NCBI GenBank assembly: GCA_964035545.1
Contig: OZ037767.1
Coordinates: 1,933,680-1,997,679 of the forward strand
Reading direction: 5' to 3'
Source of the DNA: Bugula neritina
Taxonomy: Eukaryota > Animalia > Bryozoa
DNA length: 64,000 nucleotides
The translations under genes and the position numbers were made by a program. Below the pieces are notes generated by a model. It did no database searches. It was not told the origin of the DNA and saw only the letters and a list, made by a program, of their open reading frames with translations. Shown piece by piece: positions 38,801 through 51,006 of the stretch (position 1 is its first letter; each line of letters starts with the position of its first letter).

Positions 38801-39343
38801 TTGAAGCACATAACAAAAGGGGTATGCAATATCTTTCAAAGTGGCTTGGTAGCTTAGTTAGATGTGTTTTAATCTGTGTGCTTTATAACCAGAAAGCTTC
38901 AAAGTTAATTTCACGAACACGAAGTTATCTGAGCTGTATAATAGTTTATCCCATGATACAAAGGAAAACATCTTTAAAATAAAATATCATCAATAATTCT
39001 CTTAAGATGCATGCTGAGCCTTGTCTTTAGATTATAGAATATTTATAAGTTATCTTTCTGCTGGAGTAAAACTCGAGTTTTGTAATGTCAGAAGACATGT
39101 GAACTGGCAATGGTATTCACAGCAATCTGTTGAATGCAGAGTTATAGCTGTGAGCAAAACAATCACACTCCTAGTAAGTAACTACCAACAAGCTGTCACT
39201 CCATTCAGATATTATACAAACTGCTTCCAGCATACAGAATTAAACACATTGAAAGAAAGGATTCTTACCAGGAAAGTACCCAGTCCAACAAGGGGCATTG
39301 GTTTCCCCATCAACATTGGGAGAGCAGTTTTTGTGGCTGCCAT
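35860..39343 (-). CDS. Aldo-keto reductase family 1-like protein (paralogue B)
   Basis: Exons (minus) 39343-39269, 38799-38632, 38145-38029, 37768-37673, 37367-37251, 37064-36952, 36652-36487, 35955-35860. Motifs [78 protein letters not shown]. Intron positions match paralogue A. Possible extra last exon 35441-35405. Confidence 0.92.
37825..38030. repeat. ~31-bp degenerate repeat carrying repeated GTAAGT (minus strand) at an AKR-B donor
   Basis: Units like ATACTTACACTACTAGAG(C/T)AGTAGGT; the last unit contains the used donor at 38028. Confidence 0.7.
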
Positions 39344-40517
39344 CCTGAGTAACTCTATACTATCAACTAACCGGCTTTCACAATGATTATCACTGATGCT
39401 CATAGTAATGCGTATGCTAATACTGTTGGCAGTGTTCCAATGATCATATGATTGCGGTTTGTTCGCTATCTGTGACAGATGAGGGTTGTGCAAACTACAT
39501 GTAGATTGTAGAGCATTAGAACTGAATGATTTATGATTGGCTGCAAAAGATTAAATTCAAATATTGTGTTTTTATGTAATAAGTTAGAGTTATAAATAAA
39601 TAATAATTGTTAAAGCATGGCTACACCTGCAGATGCTAGGAAAGTTTAGTTGTTTTGCAAGCTAACATAATGAATTGTCTGCTGTTGAAATTAAATGATT
39701 TAAACTATAGCTAATGATTCCAACACTGTGAACGGGAAAGCTGCTCTAGTGACCAAATTTATTGTCAGAGTTGTAATTCCTTACTGGGTAATTTATTATA
39801 GAACAGACACAAAGTAACATAACAGAAAATACATTAAAAGTAATAAAATGTGTTAAAAGTGAGAAAAACTAGTTTAATCGATTATACCATTCACAGCAAA
39901 ATTGCCACCAGGCAGTTAAAAACTCAGTTGTATCCTAAGAATAATTTATTACACACATATAAATAAAATTGAGAAATAATGCTATTAAAAAGTTCAGCCA
40001 ATGATTGTTTAAAAACCTTTGAGGAACATACAATACATTTAAATTAAGTCCATCACATTTCAGCTCAAACTAAAACATTTAAAATATTCAAGGAATCGCA
40101 TCTATTTAAAAATGCTTCAAATTTTTGAACAAGAATAGAAATTTGGAATGCTCTTGTTTGAAAGAAGCCAATAAGCTAATAAGTACTAAGTACTTAGTAG
40201 TACAACTTGCAAACATTACAGAAATGATGTATGCAACCGGCAAGGCATAAAAACGTTCAAAACACAAGCAGAAAAAACACAAGAAAAATTAGTTGACTGC
40301 ATTGAGATTAAAGATATGCGATACTGGAAAAACATGATACAGCCCTTGGCCTAAGACAGCACACTAATATATTACGCTACTAGTCTACTAATAGTAAATG
40401 GGGGAAGTAATATTACACTCTATTAAGCATTCACATTAGAAACATGTTTGGGAATATCACATCTGCACACTTCACAACACTGAGACTTGTGTTCCAACAC
40501 ACGTCTCTTTCACCTCT

Positions 40518-43500
40518 TCACTTGACGATTTTGACAACTCTGGAAGCAAAATCTTTTCTTCTTCCAGCGGAACTTCTGAGAGTTTGATCAATCTGAAACA
40601 CGTACAGATGTGTACTTACCCTGTCTTATATATAGTATGTGATGCACTTACTCCGTCTTATATATAGTATGTGTTGTACTTACCTTGTCTTATATATAGT
40701 ATGTGTTGGACTTACCTTGTCTTATATATAGTATGTGTTGGACTTACCCTGCCTTACATATAGTGTGTGGTGTATTTACACTAACCTACATGTTTAACGC
40801 CCCTTAACTGTTCTAACATGCATGCTGAAACACACTTGAATAAATCTGAAAACTTGCACTGATTTGTAATTTTTATTACACATGAGTAGATTAATGTAAA
40901 TACAATTTAATTGCTGACCTATTTACCTACCTGACCTATTTACTCCTGTGTTATTCTTACACTGACCTACTTACTATACTATACCTACACTGACACTTAC
41001 TATACTATACTTACACTGACAAACTTACTATACTATACTTACACTTGTCTGCACGCTAGCATCTCCAGCTCCTCCAACATTGTCATGTCTCTCCACCAAC
41101 ACCGGCTGTCCACTCATCTTACGGGCTGTTCCTGGCTTACCGGGCTTACCCGGTTTAGCTGTTACAGTCGCTGTCAGCCTCTTCCCTCCCCTGAGAGTAA
41201 ACAGAGTAAATACATACCATACACAGTAAATACATACCATACACAGTAAATACATACCATACACAGTAAATACATACCATACACAAATAGTGTGAGTACC
41301 ATACACAGTAAATACATACCATACACAGATAGTGTGTATTACGGAGGGACCAAATGCCCCCTGCGGCTCTTAGAATATAAATCCAAAGCTAAACAATTCT
41401 TATTGGTCAATAAAAAGCGTAAAAGCTGACTGAAGATACTAGAAGCTTGATTAGATTACAAATCTGATGACTAATGTTACTAAAAATAACTACCAAACAC
41501 CAAACCCCACTCTAATATAATAAAATGTATTGTAAACTTCTTATATTTTGCAACTTAAGTTACATTTTCAGAGAATTGCGAGTGTAGAACACCACTGAGT
41601 GCAAATTTCAACAAGAAGATAAGCTAGAAGATGCTAAGAATTTACCTGCCACCCTTGGGAAGGGACGTGGTTGAGGCCACCCCTGTTGTGTAGGCCGGGC
41701 CGTGGGGCACAGTGTAAGATCGTGAAGCAACAGGTGACGGGGCTGAGAACATTCTAGAATGCTGCTGAATTGTAGCGGCAGAGAGACTGTGAGGAGTTGC
41801 ATTCTCTTCATTACCTGCAAATATTCCAACCAATTCTATACTGTTCTGTGAGGGTGTGGAATACAGAGCATGAGCTGTACTTTCATTTTACTACCAAGTT
41901 TCATTCTCTTCTGTATTTTCGCATGTCGGCCATATTGAATATATGCAGAATGATATTTTAGAATCTAACCAGCAAATAGAATAGTATGTTGTGTTGTCAA
42001 AGGAAAATGGTGAGTATGCAGGAGTTGATAATTCTAAATTACTTCTAACTTGTGAAGAGTAACTTCTGACTACACTTTAGGAGTAAGTATATAATAGATG
42101 AGTACATACATTATATGTAAATATGTAACACGCAAAGGTAAGCAATAAAATGTTCGTGCGACATTACTTTCCTGCAAAAGACTCTAATTGGTTGACAGAA
42201 GTATACCATGAGCAACTTAAGCAAGCAGCCTCAGGTACGTTCGGGTGCCTCTCAGGTGATGGAGGTTTATATTACTAACAAATACCAAAGTAAACACTCT
42301 GTACAGAAACATAGAATATACCTGTGCAGCTGTCCAGGTGTGTTTGTGGTTTAGACTGAGAGCCAGTTCTGTCCTGTTGGGGGTCCCCCTCCCCCTCCGG
42401 CTCGTGAAACATGTTCATAGCCTCCATGTTGAGGGCGCACACGCCTCTCATGAACGCCTTCTTCATATTCTCCTCGTAGTACTCTCGCTCTTTGTGTAGT
42501 GACATCACTTCCTCTCTACTGGCATTGTACTTTTCCTCCAGCTACAGACAACGAGATGATTATAGACAGCAGTTCACAGTCACCTACTCTTTTTAGGTTT
42601 GTTTAAAGCAACTTCGACATATTTATGTTATATTAGTAAAAAGCTTGAGTTTGGCGAAATCTACCTAAGATATGTAATTGAGAAAGATTCTCTTTCTCTT
42701 ACTGACATTATGAGATAAATGATTTTATTATTATTTTGCCTTTCTTGTCTTTCTACATTGTAGCATTGAAATTCTACACAACATTACAATGACCTCAACT
42801 TTTTAACTATTCATACAACTGAGAAGAGAGTATGACGTTTTAGAGTTGAAAAAATACATGCAGCTAAAATAAATGTCTTTTTGAAACAAATCACTACACC
42901 TTAAATAGATATATAATACATATGACTATATTATATATATAATAGATATGACTATATTAGATATATAATATAGCAACTTACGGACTGAAGCTTCGACTCG
43001 TAATCACTGGTGAGAGAGATACAAATCTCTTGCGCCTTCGCCTGACACGCCTTTTCCACTCTCCTCCGCCATTTCTCCACTATCACCATGTGCCACTTTT
43101 TCCAGCACTTGCGCCTGATTGCGTTATTGTGGTGCTGTGCAGCCAGCTTCATGGCATAACCCTGAGTCAGCACGTATATTAGTATGTGTCAGTATATGTA
43201 CTAGTGTGTGTCAGCATGTATATTAGTATGTGTCAGTATGTATATTAGTATGTGTCAGTATATATACTAGCATGTGTCAGCATGTATATTAGTATGTGTC
43301 AGTATGCATACTAGTATGTGTCAGTGTATATACTAGTATGTGTCAGTGTATATACTAGTATGTGTCAGCATGTATATTAGTATGTGTCAGTATGCATACT
43401 AGTATGTGTCAGTGTATATACTAGTATGTGTCAGCATGTATATTAGTATGTGTCAGTATGCATACTAGTATGTGTCAGTGTATATACTAGTATGTGTCAG

Positions 43501-46500
43501 TGTATATACTAGTATGTGTCAGTATATATACTAGTATGTGTCAGCATGTATACTAGTATGTGTCAGTATATATACTAGTATGTGTCAGTATATATACTAG
43601 TATGTGTCAGCATGTATACTAGTATGTGTCAGCATGTATACTAGTATGTGTCAGTATATATACTAGTATGTGTCAGTATATATACTAGTATGTGTCAGCA
43701 TGTATACTAGTATGTGTCAGTATATATATTAGTATGTGTCAGTAACATCTTTTAAATAAGCACTAGTCTAAAATAGTTTTGGGAAAAATTGAATTGAAAT
43801 TAAAATAACTGTATTCACTAAAAGTGTAAAATTTAAAAAAAATGTTCCAAGAAAAAACAAATCGAATTTTCACATAAAATTCCTCATGGTTACCAGTATC
43901 AAACAGCAGATAGCGCAGCAGATAGCGCAGCAGATAGCGCAGCAGTCGACACACAAACACACACCTCCTGCTTCTTGGCCGCAAACTGCAACTTCCAATC
44001 TGTGAAAGTTTTCATCGTATCAAACTTTTCCTTCTGATTTTGAAGACTTCTGGTGAGATTAGAGATGACTCCATCCTTACGTTCAATTGATACTTCGTAC
44101 GTGTGTAGCAACTCCTTCAGTCCTTCTAGTTCATTGTACATGGTATTTATCTCCCCTGCATGTCTAATTGTAGGGAATAAGATATGAGAGTAAAAATATG
44201 TGACCAGTCGCGACAAAACCGGGGATGTGGCGGCGTTTATAAAGTGTAGTAAATGAAGGTTTAATTAAGAAATACTTAAATTTGAAATTAATTTCCAATT
44301 TTTAGATTTTAGACTTTTCTAATACAAAAGAATCCAAGGAATTCAAAAATCATACTTTCGTAAGCATTTGATGATTCCTTCAACTCTAAAATTGCATTTA
44401 AAGTTGGTAACTAAGGCTTTCAATTTTTTAAATGATGAACAAATTGCGAAGTTATCAATTAAAGAAAGAAGACAATTTTAGTCATTTTCATAGCGTGAGA
44501 TCTTGCAAATTTATTTTTTATCAAATAAATTTAGCTTACACCTCTTTCTTCGTATTGTCAGAAGCATCATATTTAAAATCGAAGGCTAGTTTTAGTTTTT
44601 CATCGTGTTCCATCCAAAGTTAGCTTTTAAGTTACTGAGCTGTTTTGCCCTTTGGTGATAAATGCTGAACCTAATCTTTATCTTTAGCGTTCAAGCTTGA
44701 AAACCACAACAATACAGGTAATTATACTCAAAACAATCATTTACGCTACTAACTTAGAATTGTTGCCAGGATTATTTGTAGTTATCAATTTATTAATATT
44801 TATACTATCACTAGGACTGGAGTATGTCTTAGTCTATTCTATTCTATACTACTAGTACTAGTAACTATTTAAATGACTCTCACTATGACTCACAGTTTGA
44901 GGTACGGTTACTCATAATGATAATCATAATATTGATAATAATAATCATATTATTTATAATTTACTGATACTGGTATTTGGTAGTAAAACCAAATGTAGCT
45001 CATTAAATGATTAATATTAATAGTATAACTATAACATTAACTATAAGTATAAGTATAAGACTATAAGTATAAGTAATTAATACTTATAAATTCACTATTA
45101 CTATTACTTATTAGTATTACTGTATTAGTATTTGAGTCTGAGTGAGTTTCGCCTTTGCTCTTAAAACTTGATGCTCATACTGATAGTATTATATTTATTG
45201 ATTTATTCTATAGTTAATATTTCAATTTACATTAGACTTACTCTTACTCTTAGTCTTAGTAACTTTTAACCTCTGTCTTAGATTTCGTCAATACAGTTAC
45301 TGATTACTATTACTATTAGTATTAACATTAGGCTTACTAGTACTAGTCAAACTACTGGTTCCTTTTGTGATTTTTAAATTAGCTCAAAGTTTGATTTAAA
45401 ATATAATGATAAAATCTTTATCACATTATGCAGGCTTACAGTTAATGTTACTATCAAAACTCAATTGATAATCATATTTATATTGATAAAAGCATCACCT
45501 ATAACCAAATTGAAATGATAAATGTGACTAAATGTAAATGAGTATAATGATGAAATATTAATGCGAGTTCATGATGATTCTATATAGTTGACTGACTTAG
45601 TTTTTCAGTAAGTTACTTTTAGTCTTATTTAGTGAGTAGTAACACTAACTGAATGCATAAATAGTCTAAACTTTTTAATTTTATTATAAGATAAGCAAAA
45701 ATTTATTCATATTTTAAAGTAATTTATTGAATTCAAATTGATTTTATAGTAAATGTCTTTAATAGATTCAGTTGCACTTAGCTAGCTTTTTTACTCAATA
45801 AATGCCTGAGTAGTTAATAGTTATCTAAAGACATTGCTTCAAAATTGCCAATTGCAGATATGCTAGATATTCAAGTGCATAATGTGTAATTTTACTGATA
45901 ATACTATGTTAATATAGAATAATCCGATATTCTGTACATTTTAGAAAGTGGACTTGTGAGGGCATTAGAGTGAAGACTTATACCTACACAACTCTACTAC
46001 CTATCAATCTAATACTTCTAATGTAGACACTCCGAATTTTGGCTTGCAAGGTTATGGCTTCTGCTTATTTCATTCATAAAAAGGTTTGCAGTCTTTTAAT
46101 GATGTGCTTGAAAATTATCAAGAATTTTTTTAATTCAAATTGTTCTATTGAATTCAATAAATTTAAACGTTAATGAAATGCAGGATCACAATTAACTGCT
46201 GCCATAATAGTACCACAAGAGTGTTTAGCCAACTAAATTTTTATAATCTAACTGGGTATAATTTCTAATCAAGCTACCGTTTCCTTTTGTTATTTAAAAA
46301 AAGTCAACATTGTACTTTCAGCTCTGAAATAGATAATCAGTGGGTAGATTGGCAGGATGGATGTCAAGTAGCAGCATCTATAGTTGCTAGAAAATCAGCT
46401 GATGATAGTGATGAAGCTTTTGCCACATACATGATGTTATGTGTCCATACTCCGTAAACTCATATTATGAAGACCAAGAAAGTAGAAAGATGATAAGTGT

Positions 46501-49500
46501 CTTCTTTGCAAAAACCGTAGAAGCTACCTAATTTTCTTTTCTTGATAAGAGTTAATTCAAGCATAATGGTTGTATCCAGGCTGGATTTTTACTGCATTTA
46601 ATTGGTTTTCAAAATAATGTATTTGATATTTTAAATGTGAATATTAATGCCTAATAAAACTCAAAAGTTCTAATAGCTGATTTTTAGTTTATATTTTCAA
46701 CATCTCAGCTAAATCAATTGCTAAATTTAGTTGCCGTTAGAGATTAAAAAGATATTTATGAATGAACGTCGCATGATCTCATAATAGTCAAATAATTTTC
46801 TCATAAGTGTTCTACTCATTAAGCAATAATTATGAAACAGCGCAGCTCAATAGCTGCAGTTTGATATATTACACAATATATAAGAGGAAAGGGAGATATT
46901 CAATGTATAAGAGGAAGCAGCTGCCATTTTGTTTTATATGATTTCCTGCTGACTTGGATGCCTAATTTAAATATCTCAACACACAAACTTGCTGAAACAT
47001 CCTCTTCTTTGCTGGAATTGTTAAACCTTTCAACCATTAAACAAAGTAAAAAGCGAATTGACAAATAAATTAGACAAAAAGTTTGGCAGCCATATTTGAC
47101 TTAATTTTATGTTGAGGCAGAATGAAATTTAGTTTAACAGAAAGCCCAAACTTTCACAATTATTTTGATACCAAATTTGTCATTATTCCTATTATACAAA
47201 GACCCGTTGCTAAGGCTTGTAAATTGTAAACAAATAATTTTCAACTTATTCTAGAGTTGCCAACTTTAAACGCGATTTTCTCGAAACAGTAATTTAGAAA
47301 TTTTAAAAACGTTAAAGTTTTTAAATACTGATATCTTGAGTTCTATTTATGCTAGAGACTTCAAACAAAGTGCAAAATGTTTGAAAGAGTCTGCTCTATC
47401 ACTCCATAGTAATAACTAGGTTTCCAACATTTTATATACATCCCTTGTTTTGTGGTGCCAGGTCACATATGCATGATTGCCACTGTTACTCTACTGAACA
47501 GCTATTCAAGTTAAATACACCTCAATTCATAATCCATATATGTATGAGATTTATAAGTTTCCAGGCTAAAATAAATAAATGCAAAACTTTGAAAAGTTTA
47601 TTTTTTGTCAAAAATTACCGGATTGCTTAAAAACTTCAAAACCATTGGTTGACTAGTGTGAATATGATAAGAGACAATAAAAGCTCACACGTACCTGGAC
47701 TCTGTAGTCTGCAGTTTATGGCGGGCATTTTCTAATAACTTTATTCGTAATCTTGAGATTTCATCCTAAAACATAGAATATTACATTATTATATAAAAAC
47801 AATGATGGCTTCATATCATTTTCTCAGTGAAAACATGCAAATTTGAAACCATCACAAAAATGTATGGATTTTAAATTTTGTCTTAAGATTATTGAAAGAG
47901 TTTAAACTGAATACCAAAACCTGTGAGGTCATCATAACTTGCACACATATATTTAGCTTCAGTATAAATAAGGCAGAGTAAAATATTAAAGAGTATCTGT
48001 GATACATGTCCCACAATTCCTCAGTACAAATAGCAGCAGCTAAAATACTGAACAGTTAGTATTCGACAACAAAGTAAGACGACTTCAACATCTGGTGTTG
48101 ACTACACAACATTCACTGAGGAGGCAAATTTTCGTTGAAAAAGAGATGAATCATGCAAATCACAACGTAACTTGGCAGCGTGATGATGCCACAAATGACA
48201 GTAAAACTAGTGAGTAGAACTTGTAGTTGGTTGATAGAAAGAAAATAATGTCAATTCCTACAATTGTACAGTCACTGCTACATTCCCTTTCTTATTCCAA
48301 TGAAGTGAATTATTGGTTCATGCTTACAGATACAGGTTTAGCTCCTTTTTATACAAAAAGCAAAACATCAGCTATTATCAATGAATATCAAGATTTTTAT
48401 TAAAACTGAAAAGTAGCGGAAGATGCTTTGAGAGGTAGAACACTTTTAGAATTTTTTTAAGAAAAGCATAAAATCTCAACACACTGCTGCCCCCTCACCC
48501 CCTCTTCTCCACCCCTGCCTCCTCTCCACCCCTCTGCTTATATCTGACTCACTATAATGTTAGAGTTGACTTGTCTGCTCCACAGGTCCAGTTTCCTCTC
48601 AATATCACTCAAGTCACTAGCACTAGGCGCCAGCTCCACACTGCGCTGTAGTGTCGTCTCCAGTAAGATGTTGTCCTCGCTCTCCGCGCCGCTGTCTGAC
48701 CCAGTGGCAGCGTTTGTGTTCTTGTTACCGTGGCGATTGGGAAAGAGGTCACTCTCTGTATCGTCAGCACGGTGCTTGTGGTGGTATTGTTGAGACGGAG
48801 ATACTCTGGTCTTTGGAGTTACTGTCTCTATGTCTGACTCTAGTAGCATAAGAATTTTATTCAGTGCTGGACTGACATATCAGTAGAGCATAAGAATTCA
48901 ATGCTGGACTAATGTAGTAGCACACTAGTAAATATACAATACAGCATATCATGCAGCCTAAGCACACGTTTACGCATTTCTTAACAGCCAGTCATTTTCC
49001 TTAACACAGATTATCATTTCGTTACAAGCCCTTTTTTTCAGCACCTACTGGTCTACTTGAATAAGAAACAGGGAATAAAAAGGATACTATTTTATATTAC
49101 TAGTTTATCTACTAACATCTGGTCACACAAGTAATCGCTAGACAATGTCATAATCCATTTGCGACGTAAAATTAAATATTTTATTAAAAAAAATCGGACC
49201 GTTGAAAATCACTGTTACCTTTATTAGAAGGTTTTCTGGCAGGTGTTAGAATTCTACCGAGACCTTGTTTAGTTGGCACTATCTGTGGGAGAGGCTTAGC
49301 TGCTACTGAGCCTTCATATTCTTCCTCACTGCCTAAAGAGAGGAAACAGCATCCAATGAAGTACATTGCTAGTTTAAAGAGACAGTCACTGATTGAAAAT
49401 AAAACACCAACATAATTCCATATCAAATACAAACTGCATATGTCAACTAACGCATGTGCTGCCCAATCACATTGTTTTTATTATTGAACTCTTTACAATT

Positions 49501-49698
49501 CAAAGGACTTTAAAAATATGGTAATGTAATTGGCTACTTCAAAAAATAATCATGCATGTAAAAGTAATCATTAACACTTTTGAATACTTCAATTGATTTA
49601 CTTATCTTAAGTAAATAATGTTGTAAAAATATTATATAAAATACGACACAAATACCATTGAAATATATTTTTCCTTAGATAGCTTGACTACCTCCTAC

Positions 49699-49749
<51 letters not shown>

Positions 49750-50641
49750 GTGCATAAGCTGAGTAGATTGTTTATATTTTTTAGGCTTTCTACAAAAAGA
49801 TTTGAGCTGCTCTCACTTGTGTGAGATTCCTCTGAGGGAGTGGGGAGTCGACATGACTGAGTTAAGTGACGCTTGCTGTCTGCAAGAACTCGAGGTAAGT
49901 CATCAACGTCTATTTTAGGCACGACAACAGCATATTTCAATAGCTCTTCATACTCGTCCTGAAATCTGTTGCGAAAGGATATAAGTTATAAATAATAGCA
50001 GAATGCATTTAATGTCTGTTGGGTGAAAGAAATATGATTATCTGTACTTCTTTAAACTAAAAAATATAAGCAAAGGTTGCTAAACAGTTATATAAGCATA
50101 ACTATTTGAATCCGGTAACCATTTATTTTTAACATTATGCTCAGCAATTTTACTATTATTTATCAAATATTAAATACTAAATAAAAATTGGTAAACAGAT
50201 ATTATTTTAAATTAGCAGGAACTAGAGTTATGAGGTTGTTTTTTGTGCAAACTGCTAACCATCCATATGCATACAATTACACTTATGAAGTTGAAAATTT
50301 ATGATGTTAAACTTAAAGTAAGTAAACTCAAATCCTTATTTTCAGAAATAATTGACTTGGCTGTGTTGTTGAAGCCATGACTTGATTTGGGTAAACTCCT
50401 TAATTTGAGCTGTGGCTGCTACTACGATCATGATCAAGAAGAACTGTTAAACTTAATGATGATCAAAATCATAATCATATTATTATTCATATTGATAATG
50501 ATATTGTGATGGTGAATGATGTGGAGTTGGAGTAAAACTTAAACTAAAAGCCGAACTGACAGACCTCGATGACACAGAACTTCCCGCTGATTGCTCGGGA
50601 TACTCTGGAGGTGCTGAATTATTGTCGCTATAAGTGTCCAT
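40518..50641 (-). CDS. POC5: Centrosomal protein POC5
   Basis: Exons (minus) 50641-50565, 49965-49817, 49332-49219, 48839-48553, 47765-47695, 44163-43965, 43161-42982, 42541-42322, 41814-41646, 41190-41043, 40592-40518. Diagnostic [46 protein letters not shown]-containing centrin-binding-like repeats, [29 protein letters not shown]. Confidence 0.92.
40610..40785. repeat. 31-bp minisatellite (ACTTACCTTGTCTTATATATAGTATGTGTTG)
   Basis: About five copies next to the last POC5 acceptor. Confidence 0.85.
41197..41335. repeat. 20-bp minisatellite (ACAGTAAATACATACCATAC)
   Basis: Tandem copies adjacent to POC5 acceptor 41191. Confidence 0.85.
43172..43743. repeat. 20/22-bp minisatellite (TATATACTAGTATGTGTCAG)n
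   Basis: About 26 copies beginning ~10 bp from POC5 acceptor 43162. Confidence 0.95.
44199..47467. mobile_element. ~3.3 kb non-autonomous or degenerate DNA transposon with ~30-bp imperfect TIRs in a POC5 intron
   Basis: Left TGTGACCAGTCGCGACAAAACCGGGGATGT versus right (reverse complement) TGTGACCTGGCACCACAAAACAAGGGATGT; both ends flanked by TA/ATAT; no intact transposase ORF seen. Confidence 0.65.
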
Positions 50642-51006
50642 TTTTAAACATTAAGTTAGAAAACTGTCACTGTGAAGTGATAGCCAAATTTTAATTTGCT
50701 CAGTTTAGTTTAGTTTATGCATAAACAATGATTAAATAATGCGCTTGTGGTTGAATGAAGTTGATAGGCTTGAATTTGTGTAGAACTGACCAATAGATTT
50801 AGTTATTGCAATCATTGCAATCCAAGTGGTCCTTGTTTTTCTAATCTCAAAATTAAAACGTTTTAAAAGGCTCAATGTTCAACGTAACAAAATAGTACAA
50901 ATTTACTTGTATATGATGAAAATATTGCATAAAAATTTGTGTAAAACATTAATTCGAAAACAATTAGTAAGTAAATATCACCTCGCAACATTTGTTTATA
51001 AGTGTC

